Origin: a virus
Lineage: Duplodnaviria > Caudoviricetes
Virus record (IMG/VR): IMGVR_UViG_3300046820_002026
Span: 1-33,794 of that record
Length of the DNA stretch: 33,794 nucleotides
Strand: one strand, 5' to 3'
Part shown: positions 16,281 through 24,830 of the stretch, in pieces
Position numbering within the stretch: position 1 is the first letter of the stretch
Layout: each line of letters opens with the position of its first letter
Program-made: the position numbers and the translations under genes
Notes under the pieces: model-generated
The model's database searches: none
What the model was told of the DNA's origin: nothing
The model's input: the letters and a program-made list of their open reading frames with translations, nothing else

Positions 16281-17222
16281 TTAGTCGTCTAAAACTTCAC
16301 CTGTTTCGGCTGACATAATAGTTGCTTCTCCCCATTGTTCACGATGGCTATCTTTATATTTCTTGATACTACCGGCTTCATTGGGTAGGAAGGCATCTGG
16401 CGTTACAACAAATTCGCCTTCCATTGCGAGGTCGCTGATATGGTTCTTTTCAACACTGATCTTGCTGATAAGCCCAAAGTCAAAGCTCTTACCGTCTTTA
16501 GTGGCACTTAATTTGCCCTTACCAACCATCTTCCAGACTGCGCTGGCTGCGTACCAGATGGCGTCACCGCCATATGGCACCATCTTGCTATGGCCACCAA
16601 CAAAAGAAGGTGGTTGGGTATATGCTTGGTTAAGGATCATAAGACCAACATACTTTGGATAACTGTAGTTACGGGTAGCGTTGATCTTGCGTTGAACGAT
16701 GCGCATGTTTTCGCGAATAGCCTTTGCTGCACGCATCATGCTGGCTTTCTTTTCAGTTGTGCCGTCGTCGCTTTCCTTGACTTCATCCTTGCTTGGTAGT
16801 GACCCTACTGAATCCCATAGGATAAGTACATCTTGTGGTAGCTCGCCCATTGAAACATCACTGACAATTTTATCAATAAAAGTAAATGCTTCTTCAAGAT
16901 ACATACATTCTTCATTTTTAATACATTGATCGATATTTACACCCATCTTGGCAGCACGGTTCCAGTCAACCTTACCTTCGGTCATAATAAATACTGGTAG
17001 TACGCCCTGTTCCTGTGCCTTTGCAGCTGCATGGAACAGTAATGAGGTCTTGCCTGTATCGCTCTTACCATAAACCTGGGTAATGTGGCCCAGCGGAATA
17101 CCAGGAATACCAATAACTTCCTGTAGGCATTCATCTACAACTACATATTTATCTTTCTTTTTTTCTACATTGTTTACTTCAATAGTTTTTTTGTAACTTG
17201 CTAAGTCAAACGCTTTTGCCAT
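16281..17222 (-). CDS. uvsX: RecA/UvsX-like recombinase (start revised to MAKAFDL)
   Basis: GIPLGHITQVYGKSDTGKTS (Walker A), LILWDSV (Walker B), ILNQ, PYGGDA, VEKNH; AGGAG SD. Confidence 0.92.
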   Translation of the reverse strand: MAKAFDLASYKKTIEVNNVEKKKDKYVVVDECLQEVIGIPGIPLGHITQVYGKSDTGKTSLLFHAAAKAQEQGVLPVFIMTEGKVDWNRAAKMGVNIDQCIKNEECMYLEEAFTFIDKIVSDVSMGELPQDVLILWDSVGSLPSKDEVKESDDGTTEKKASMMRAAKAIRENMRIVQRKINATRNYSYPKYVGLMILNQAYTQPPSFVGGHSKMVPYGGDAIWYAASAVWKMVGKGKLSATKDGKSFDFGLISKISVEKNHISDLAMEGEFVVTPDAFLPNEAGSIKKYKDSHREQWGEATIMSAETGEVLDD

Positions 17223-17241
17223 TGTGTGTTTTCTCCTGTGT

Positions 17242-17282
17242 AATAAACAAGAACGGCGAGGGCAGTATAGCACCCTCGCCGT
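17242..17282 (-). terminator. Hairpin/terminator after SSB with an extended -10 in the loop
   Basis: Perfect 10 bp stem ACGGCGAGGG/CCCTCGCCGT, loop TGCTATACTG, imperfect T tract TCTTGTTTATT. Confidence 0.7.
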
Positions 17283-17303
17283 CCTATTTTTAGCCTAACA
17301 ATA

Positions 17304-18056
17304 TTAGGCCATTAGATCAGCGAAAGCTGCATCAACCGCGCTAGTTGGCTTGGCACCATACTTTACGGTTTCAGTTGAAGCAGATTCGGCGTCCGCATCG
17401 GTAGATGAAGCGTTTAGGTATTCATCTAGCGCAGCGGCAACTTCGGCACTTGTCTTACGCTCATGAATCTCATTAAAGTTTGGTACACTTTCCATGAGGT
17501 CACGGCACTCGTCATCGGTGCCTTGGCACAGGCGGCTGGTATTACGGGCTGGTGTTAGCTTGGTGGTTGGGAACTGCGCACCAGGAGCCTTACCAGTTTG
17601 TAGACTTAGATCGGTACCGCTATCTGGATCACAGATATCACCGTAGTCTGGGTTGAGAACTAGGTTGATAAGGTCTTGATAAACGTTCTTACCGTAACCC
17701 CAAATCTTGACCCCATCCTTCTCCTCCCCGCGTACTACAATTGGGGAGAAGAAACGCTGACGGGCTAGGAACTTCTTAGCCATCTTGGCGCTGTCTTCGG
17801 TGTTCTCCTTATAGAGCTTGCTCGCAAAGTTACAGATTGCACACTCTTCTTGGAAGTTCTTCTTTGGACAAAGAATTGAATTCTTACCAATTTCGTAGTG
17901 GAACCAGTACTCCTTGAAAGGATCACCATCCGCCGTACCTACTACACGAATACCATACTTCTTGCCTTCTTCGGGCTTGAAGAAGTTGGTCTTACCGCCA
18001 CCCTTGTTTTGTAGTGCCGCTAGCTTCGCCTTCATCTTCTTGATATCAATCGCCAT
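17304..18056 (-). CDS. Single-stranded DNA-binding protein (T4 gp32-like)
   Basis: FFKP, PF...WFHY, CPK...CAIC zinc ligands, VKIWGYGKNVY, YGDICDP..GTD, and an acidic tail ending AFADLMA. Confidence 0.88.
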   Translation of the reverse strand: MAIDIKKMKAKLAALQNKGGGKTNFFKPEEGKKYGIRVVGTADGDPFKEYWFHYEIGKNSILCPKKNFQEECAICNFASKLYKENTEDSAKMAKKFLARQRFFSPIVVRGEEKDGVKIWGYGKNVYQDLINLVLNPDYGDICDPDSGTDLSLQTGKAPGAQFPTTKLTPARNTSRLCQGTDDECRDLMESVPNFNEIHERKTSAEVAAALDEYLNASSTDADAESASTETVKYGAKPTSAVDAAFADLMA

Positions 18057-18100
18057 GGTCTTGCTCCTTGTGTGTTGGTCGGTGAATCTCCCGCCAACTG

Positions 18101-18337
18101 TTAAGAGAGAGTATACTCAAACTCTCTGGGTGTGTCAACTACTGTGTTGTTGTTGAAAACTCGGAAATCCTGCTCGTCAATATCCCATACAAGCTCGCTG
18201 CCCGCAGGGAGACTATGCTTTTCGGTGCCCTTGATCTTACCAGAAAAAAAACTCTGTGGGAGATCAGATAGCTTTACGAAACGCATCGTGCGTCGTTCAC
18301 CGGTCTTCTTAACAAACGTACCTTGATAAGCCTTCAT
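18101..18337 (-). CDS. Small SH3/Sm-like beta-barrel protein (WYL_2 / DUF2693-like)
   Basis: TFVKKTGERRTM...VWDIDEQDFRVFN pattern (F.KxxGxxRxM...WDxExxxWRxF). Confidence 0.65.
   Translation of the reverse strand: MKAYQGTFVKKTGERRTMRFVKLSDLPQSFFSGKIKGTEKHSLPAGSELVWDIDEQDFRVFNNNTVVDTPREFEYTLS
18110..18138 (-). promoter_or_regulatory. Strong sigma70-like promoter for SSB
   Basis: TTGACA-17 nt-TATACT. Confidence 0.85.
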
Positions 18338-18357
18338 GTTGCCTCCTTATGAACCGT

Positions 18358-18386
18358 ACTGTAACCCAAGTTTTAGTTGCTGTCAA
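18358..18386 (-). promoter_or_regulatory. Sigma70-like promoter for the 78 aa gene
   Basis: TTGACA-17 nt-TACAGT, followed by an AAGGAGG SD. Confidence 0.8.
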
Positions 18387-19203
18387 GTGCTTGATTTTGG
18401 TTTGTGTAACCTTCTATGTAGCAGAAACTTTGCGGATGCTGGGTTGTTAATATTTGGTATGAGGAACGGATTTCTTGGCGGCTTATAGTCTCCTTTATAT
18501 TCTTATATAGTTTCGCATCCGTCTTCAGGACATCGTTATTTACGAAAAAATGATACCTTTTTTCATCTATATTCTGCATGTCAAAAAACACGGATTCGCT
18601 ATTATTTTCGCTACTATAGAGTCCAAAGGTGCATAATCTATTATTGTCTTTAAGCTTCCCGAGGGTACTCATTACCGGCCTTACGTTATTGTAAATATTG
18701 TGGTAATGGACTGAGTCTACAATTAGGCTATTTATGCGATCATTATACTCAAAAATAGGTACATCGCCAATTATATTGGCTAAGTTTTTATTGTGGACAA
18801 GGAAAAGTTTACGGAATAGACCAGAAAAAGCATATTCTTGAAAGACATTAAATGCAAGCCTATGCTGCAAAAATGCCACTTGGCCTATCTGATCGCTTTC
18901 TGGACAAATATACAGGACGTTTATATTTTTATGTTTTATCTGTTCTAGAATCCGTAACGAGGCACCGCTAACTTGTCCACCGCCGCCTACAATAAAAAGT
19001 ATATCATCGTCGGTATCTGATAGATACTGACGTAGGTCTGGGCAGTTTTTTTCGTATTCCTCTGGAGAGTTCTGCTGTTGTAGCGCAAACCCATCCTCGC
19101 AGTCAACATCAATCTTATATATCTTATACGTGTTGCTGTATTTTTGCTTGAAGAGTTCTGCAATCGTACAGCCAGCATTTCCTAATCCAATAACTGTATC
19201 CAT
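18373..19203 (-). CDS. Divergent tubulin/FtsZ-family protein (PhuZ/TubZ-like GTPase domain)
   Basis: VIGLGNAGCTIA (T1 loop), KIDVD (T2), FIVGGGGQVSG (degenerate GGGTGSG signature), LYICP, FLVHNKNL (cf. ILVDNxxL), YNDRINSLI (cf. FxxAN). Confidence 0.78.
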   Translation of the reverse strand: MDTVIGLGNAGCTIAELFKQKYSNTYKIYKIDVDCEDGFALQQQNSPEEYEKNCPDLRQYLSDTDDDILFIVGGGGQVSGASLRILEQIKHKNINVLYICPESDQIGQVAFLQHRLAFNVFQEYAFSGLFRKLFLVHNKNLANIIGDVPIFEYNDRINSLIVDSVHYHNIYNNVRPVMSTLGKLKDNNRLCTFGLYSSENNSESVFFDMQNIDEKRYHFFVNNDVLKTDAKLYKNIKETISRQEIRSSYQILTTQHPQSFCYIEGYTNQNQALDSN

Positions 19204-19204
19204 T

Positions 19205-20413
19205 TTAAACCTTTATTTTAATCTTTTTCATTTCGCCGTAATTACGGCCAATTTTAACATTTACAGGGAAGATGCCCCATTTTGTGTCAGAGAGAGTCCG
19301 AATAAAATCTGGTAGTAGGCTTTTTTCTTTTTCCGAAAGATCAAGCACAAGGCTATCATGCACAAGGAACGAAATAAAGCTTTTTTTGTTATCAAAAATA
19401 CTGTTTGCTTTTAGGATTTGACGATGGAATAGATCAATAAGCGTGCTTTGATTTAGATATGAAATAGCGTGATAGGTATCGCACTCAATCTCTCGTCCAA
19501 ATGGCGTATGCACCTTGCCGTCAAGGTGGTACATCGCAAGTAGTGCAGGTTTATTATAGAACGCATTTAGTTCGCTGTCGTATTTTAGGGCGTTCTTGCT
19601 TGTGCTATTATAAAGCCAACTGGTGGCCGTTTCCTTGGCTTCTGTGCGGTTTAGCTCGCCACGGAAAATATGTTCTGCACTCCACTCATGGAGATCGCCA
19701 GCGGGCTGCGTTTTGCCCAATAGGGCCATTGCTGTTCGGAGTTCTGCTGCGTTGAGATCAAACTCAACAAACCAATCATTTTGTGGAACAATAACCTCGC
19801 GCAGTTTCTTATTTAGATTAAGAATAGGGAAGCTATCTTCGGTTACGACAAGACGGCCAGTAACGCTACCAAATTGGTCATATTTGATATGCGGCTGTAT
19901 GCTGTTTATTTTTTCCCAGAGTTTTTGGGCTTGAATATCATAAAGCTTGCCCGAAAGCCATGACCGATTAAGTTTAATGTCCCTTGCGCTAATGTCGCCA
20001 ATAAATTCACCGAAACTTTTAAAATATTCGTATTCTTTTGGTTTTGGGTAAGTTTGAAAGACATGCTCGCAGATCCTATTCTTAAGCTCACAAAACTCCT
20101 TTAGAGTCTTATGAGGAATAAGGTCATAGATGCAGTTTTCTTTTGGATTTAGTTTAGCTGTCTTGAACGCTGCAACATGAGCCTTGATACGCAGAGAAAC
20201 TCTCTCGTATTCGCGCTTTAGTTCTGGCGGACAGACCTCCTCTAGCTTCTTACCGCCTGCATAGATGCTTGCGTATTGAATATCTAGATCTTTTAGCGCC
20301 GATGAATAGCTCCATGTTTTTTCCATGCCTTCGGGCGCGTCACTAAAATACAGTTCGCCATCTTGATAAATACCGATGCACTCACCTTTATCATCAAGAA
20401 CTTGAAAAATCAT
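19205..20413 (-). CDS. Compact family A DNA polymerase (start revised to MIFQVLDD, 402 aa)
   Basis: VTGRL, motif A FVEFDLNAAELR, motif B RTEAKETATSWLY, TPFGR, NQST, motif C VHDSLVLD; GAGG SD before ATG 20413. Confidence 0.85.
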   Translation of the reverse strand: MIFQVLDDKGECIGIYQDGELYFSDAPEGMEKTWSYSSALKDLDIQYASIYAGGKKLEEVCPPELKREYERVSLRIKAHVAAFKTAKLNPKENCIYDLIPHKTLKEFCELKNRICEHVFQTYPKPKEYEYFKSFGEFIGDISARDIKLNRSWLSGKLYDIQAQKLWEKINSIQPHIKYDQFGSVTGRLVVTEDSFPILNLNKKLREVIVPQNDWFVEFDLNAAELRTAMALLGKTQPAGDLHEWSAEHIFRGELNRTEAKETATSWLYNSTSKNALKYDSELNAFYNKPALLAMYHLDGKVHTPFGREIECDTYHAISYLNQSTLIDLFHRQILKANSIFDNKKSFISFLVHDSLVLDLSEKEKSLLPDFIRTLSDTKWGIFPVNVKIGRNYGEMKKIKIKV

Positions 20414-20423
20414 ACGTACCTCT

Positions 20424-21665
20424 TTAAAAAGATATTTTTGGTCTTTTAAACGTACCTGTTGGTCTTTGCTGCAATACCTTACCAAGTTCCTCAAGCTTTG
20501 TCAACTTGACAGTTCCGCTATCTTTATTTATGCGATTTGCAATATATTCATTACTAGCTGTTTCGCCGTTATATTTTGCTAGCATAAGTGCTTGATTAAC
20601 AAATGACTCAAAATTTGTTTGGGTAATCTCTATATTTGATTCCAAGACCCTTAAATAGATAAACAATCTTATAAACCAAGGATCACCATAATATCTATCA
20701 AATAGGCTTTCCTCAACTCCTAGAGGTCTAGATATTGTATAATGATGTTTATCACAATTATTAATTGAGTCAACTTCAACAACAGTTTCTGCTTTTTCCA
20801 CATATGTATTCCAGAAAGAAATTATAATTGCTCTTAGAGCTTTTTTGTCACTTTCATACGGATGAAAATATAATTTTTTAAAAATATCTTCTTTGTCTAT
20901 TAATCCATAAGGTTCATAGTATTTTTTCATCGCAGGAGAATCAAGATCAGCTACTATACGCCAAGGAGCGTGTTTGTCAACCATGAAACCAAATCTCTTT
21001 GCTGTTTCTAAAAATATATTAAAATTTTGATCGTTTAAGTAACGATTAATGTTTTCTGTCATTGTTGAATCTTTATTAGTAGAATCAACACTTATTATTA
21101 ATCCATTTAATAATGTATCACAATATTGGCTTTCTATAAATCCGCTTCTTGTTATAGGCCCAATTGCGATAACTTCTGTTAAAAAATTAACTAGATGATT
21201 TGAGAAATCTTTAAAATTTCTTATTTTTATCTGCATAGAATCATCAAGGTAGGTCTTAAAGCTTCTATAAATATAGTTTATGTAATTTATATAAAGATCA
21301 TCTAGTGTTTTTGCACCGCCTGAGTGTTCTATGGATGTATAAACATTCATATTTTTCTGGAGTTTGTTGATCTCAAAGTATTTGTCATAATATTTCTTAA
21401 ATTCATCAAAGGCATCAATTACAAAAAATAAATTCTTATAATATATTCCACTAGATGATTCATATGGCTTTAAGTATTCTTCTTTTGGATAAACCAATAA
21501 ACCATTTGTATTTTTTAATCCATAATAACGAGCAGTTGATGCATCAAAAATATATGGATAGAAGCGCTCATCAAATAAAATATCATTATAATATTCGGCA
21601 AGATGATATCTTTGTAGAGATGAATTGCCAATAAAATAATCTGGTGGATTTAAATTTTTTTTCAT
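20424..21665 (-). CDS. Hypothetical protein at the end of the baseplate operon
   Basis: 413 aa aromatic-rich, AT-rich ORF, 6 nt after the hub-like gene; function not recognised. Confidence 0.8.
   Translation of the reverse strand: MKKNLNPPDYFIGNSSLQRYHLAEYYNDILFDERFYPYIFDASTARYYGLKNTNGLLVYPKEEYLKPYESSSGIYYKNLFFVIDAFDEFKKYYDKYFEINKLQKNMNVYTSIEHSGGAKTLDDLYINYINYIYRSFKTYLDDSMQIKIRNFKDFSNHLVNFLTEVIAIGPITRSGFIESQYCDTLLNGLIISVDSTNKDSTMTENINRYLNDQNFNIFLETAKRFGFMVDKHAPWRIVADLDSPAMKKYYEPYGLIDKEDIFKKLYFHPYESDKKALRAIIISFWNTYVEKAETVVEVDSINNCDKHHYTISRPLGVEESLFDRYYGDPWFIRLFIYLRVLESNIEITQTNFESFVNQALMLAKYNGETASNEYIANRINKDSGTVKLTKLEELGKVLQQRPTGTFKRPKISF
20476..20504 (-). promoter_or_regulatory. Sigma70-like promoter for the polymerase-tubulin pair
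   Basis: TTGACA-17 nt-TAAGGT with TGn, located inside the end of the upstream gene. Confidence 0.7.
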
Positions 21666-21671
21666 AAATTA

Positions 21672-24600
21672 TTACCTAGCGCTGCTTCCTTTGAAGCTGG
21701 CTTCAAAGGCTGCTGCGAAATCCTTTTCACGTATTCTGCGAAGTCTTTCTGCCTCTGCTGGGTCTATTGCTGCTGAACCAGCGCCAGTAGCAACTCCCGC
21801 ACCAGTTGGTATCTCCGAACCGGGTATGCGTGGAACCAAATCTTTGCATTTATCTATTAATTTATTTGACTCTTGAGGTCTTTTCATTAAAGAGTCGCCC
21901 CAACTTAACATATATCCACCAAGAGATAATTTTGATTCTTCGTTTGGTAGCGTTATATTATTATCTTCAAGTCTTTGGAAATGATATTCCAGTTTTGAAG
22001 AATTTACAACATACAGACCTCCAAAGCCAAATGTATTAGAAACATTCTCTGCTGCGACTACGCGTCCAAGATCATCAAATATCATTGTGTCTGGTGGTGC
22101 CACGAAAAATATACTTCCTATATCTAGGAAAAAAGATAGATAAATTTTAAAATTTGCCTTCACCGAATACGGCAATCTAAATATCGGTAATCCACCTTGT
22201 ATGTTTCCCATGGTAATATTAGGATTGTCTATCTTTGAAAAAGATAAATATTTTGATTTGATAATAGAATCAGTTCTACTGGTTGTCTGCACTGGTATGC
22301 ATGGTATCCAGTTTTCTCTAATGATATAATCTTGAAAAGAATCAGGACCAGTTTGGCTGTATCTCCTTAGCATGCTATCATAATAAGCTTTCTTGTCTGG
22401 ATCTGCTGTTGTTGCTTTTAAGCCTGCTATTTTTCTATCATACGACTGATAGAAGTCAAAATATTTAATCTCTTCCTCGCTGCCGATCATAAATATTTTT
22501 TGTAAAGTATCGGATGTTCCACTTTTTCTTAAAATATTTTGTGATTTTCTTAAATATTTTGCAAATTCTTTAAATTGAGTATTGTTTGCGGTATTAAGTC
22601 CAAAGCGCGTATATGCTATCACTTTATTAAAGTCATCACCTTCTTTATGTATCGTATGTACCATTCTTATATTTGAATGGAAAAAATTTTCATACTCTTT
22701 AAATCCGTTAGCTGCAGAAAGAGCGTTTTTTAATAGAGACTCATAACATTCCTTTATAAAAAGATCTGTAGAGTAGAACATCTCTCTATTTGTATCAAGT
22801 ATTCTTTCTTTTAAAAATTTAGTAAGATTAGATAATAGGATAGGCGTATTCATTATATTTACATATGATGCCGTACCTAATAGCGGATCATCAATTATGA
22901 ATTTTCCTCCTGTTACAATGGTTGAGTTATTTGAAGCTTCTAACATTATATTTAATAAATCGCCAAATAGAATAAACTGTATTTTTTGAATATCCCCAGA
23001 GCCTTCTTCTGGAAGCTCTAGCTTAAAGTCATTATCTAGATATTTTTTCAATATTCCAATCTTTGCGGATGTTTCATCGTCACCTCCAACGCTTGTACCT
23101 AATAACTGTTGATTTGCCACTCCTTCAAGATTGTGTCCTGCTGCATCTGCGAGAGCTTCATTTTTTGATATTCTATTTGATGCTCGTTCGGCCCATTGTA
23201 TGCCTAGAGCGCCGGCAGTACTTGCCACACCCTTGACACCCATGCCAAGCAAGCCGGTTGTAAAAAAACCTAATTCTCCACTTCTACGTTTTGTTCTATT
23301 GAAAAAAGTCTCTGCCAGTTTGACATTGACCCCAGACTCTGCAACGCTTCTTATTGCTGTAATATTTTGTGGATGTCTTACTATTGTTTTTGCAACTATT
23401 ATTTCATATAAATCCGAAGCCAATGCTATACCGGAAATTCCTGCTTGCACTATATTTCCCATATATGCGCTGGCAACGAACGCAGCTGTGTTTCCAAGCA
23501 CACTCAAAAGATTATCTTCAAACTTTTTTAATTTATTACTAGCTTCAAAGGCATTAATTAAATTAGAATCTATTTCTGTTTCATAAACTACACATCTAGC
23601 TAAAATATAAGTAATTAATGTTCTATCAATTCTAAAAAAAATATCAGACATTTTCCCTCTTATTACGCTTAATCTTCCTCTAATTTGCTTTATATTTTCT
23701 GGTGTGCTGCTTGCAGACCAAGCCGAAAGCGCTGCCTTGTTTGGATCATCGTCTTTTAATGATTTATACACTAATGCACAGCTTAAATCTTCATTTGCAA
23801 GATCCAAAACTGTTTTCCACTCAGAGTATTCCTGACTGGCTCTCTGTATATCCCATATATCTAACTCTAGATTTGTTGCTCCTGCGGCACCAGCTATTGT
23901 ATTTCTTATACTTGCTGCGTCTTTTAACAAGGCATAGAGATTGTCTGATGTTCTTGGAGTCTCTGACGATGGAGCTAGTTTACGCTCTAGATCACTTTCA
24001 TAGGCAATATATGTTATAGTTAAAGTATTTTCTAAAAAATTATTAATAGGCTCAGATGATTTAAACACATCAAATTCATGCTTTGCATATGTTAAATGAT
24101 AGCTTTTATAAATCTTTGATAATCCAAGCGATATAGACTCCGAAAATCTAGCTGGGTCAATGAGATTTAATTCTTGATTTAAGAAAATCCCGTCTGAGTC
24201 TCTTAGGCTTTTATCTTCTGACGGCAGTCCGATTGTATCAAAATATTTATAAATTAATTTAATCGGAGCATAGTTTATTATATCAGATGGATCATTTATA
24301 TTTGTTAAAACAAGACATTCTTCTAATAAGTTACCAAAATATGTAAAACCCACTTCAAGTACAACTGTATAATTTGTTTTTAACGTATAGATGCTTTTAC
24401 TATCATTTGTAATTTCTACTTTTCTAAAAAATACACGACCAGAAAGATATTTATTTGCTTCATCAATATTAAAATAATATGTTTTATCTTTCTCGCCTGA
24501 GCCTTTCTTCCCTTGGACCACAACAGTTACGTAATGAGATAAAACATAACTAAATTCTATTGGTTCTTCTCTGTTTGAAAATAATTCAGCCGCCATTTGC

Positions 24601-24830
24601 TCAGATGGTGCCGGCAATCCAGAAAGCAAATGTCTTTCTTTTACTAGTAGATCCTTGCTTTCTGTCTCGGATAGATCAGTTTTTTTAGATGGATCAATTT
24701 TAATAACTTTTGGAGAATTATTATACGGAAGTCCATTTGCGATGGCCTCTGATATAATTTTATTCTGTAATTTATCAGACATTGCAATTAATATTTTTTG
24801 CAATTCATTGTTTTCGTAATAATTTGGCAT
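21672..24830 (-). CDS. Putative baseplate hub protein (gp27/GpD/VgrG-like) with large insertions
   Basis: Position after the LysM wedge gene; the C-terminal FFLDIGSIFFV...FGFGGLYVVNSSKLEY resembles the terminal barrel of hub proteins. Confidence 0.5.
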   Translation of the reverse strand: MPNYYENNELQKILIAMSDKLQNKIISEAIANGLPYNNSPKVIKIDPSKKTDLSETESKDLLVKERHLLSGLPAPSEQMAAELFSNREEPIEFSYVLSHYVTVVVQGKKGSGEKDKTYYFNIDEANKYLSGRVFFRKVEITNDSKSIYTLKTNYTVVLEVGFTYFGNLLEECLVLTNINDPSDIINYAPIKLIYKYFDTIGLPSEDKSLRDSDGIFLNQELNLIDPARFSESISLGLSKIYKSYHLTYAKHEFDVFKSSEPINNFLENTLTITYIAYESDLERKLAPSSETPRTSDNLYALLKDAASIRNTIAGAAGATNLELDIWDIQRASQEYSEWKTVLDLANEDLSCALVYKSLKDDDPNKAALSAWSASSTPENIKQIRGRLSVIRGKMSDIFFRIDRTLITYILARCVVYETEIDSNLINAFEASNKLKKFEDNLLSVLGNTAAFVASAYMGNIVQAGISGIALASDLYEIIVAKTIVRHPQNITAIRSVAESGVNVKLAETFFNRTKRRSGELGFFTTGLLGMGVKGVASTAGALGIQWAERASNRISKNEALADAAGHNLEGVANQQLLGTSVGGDDETSAKIGILKKYLDNDFKLELPEEGSGDIQKIQFILFGDLLNIMLEASNNSTIVTGGKFIIDDPLLGTASYVNIMNTPILLSNLTKFLKERILDTNREMFYSTDLFIKECYESLLKNALSAANGFKEYENFFHSNIRMVHTIHKEGDDFNKVIAYTRFGLNTANNTQFKEFAKYLRKSQNILRKSGTSDTLQKIFMIGSEEEIKYFDFYQSYDRKIAGLKATTADPDKKAYYDSMLRRYSQTGPDSFQDYIIRENWIPCIPVQTTSRTDSIIKSKYLSFSKIDNPNITMGNIQGGLPIFRLPYSVKANFKIYLSFFLDIGSIFFVAPPDTMIFDDLGRVVAAENVSNTFGFGGLYVVNSSKLEYHFQRLEDNNITLPNEESKLSLGGYMLSWGDSLMKRPQESNKLIDKCKDLVPRIPGSEIPTGAGVATGAGSAAIDPAEAERLRRIREKDFAAAFEASFKGSSAR

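Noticed and set aside
20499-20511. Palindrome TGTCAA-C-TTGACA suggesting divergent promoters
   Set aside because: Only the minus-strand -35 has a matching -10; the + strand position reads TATGCG.
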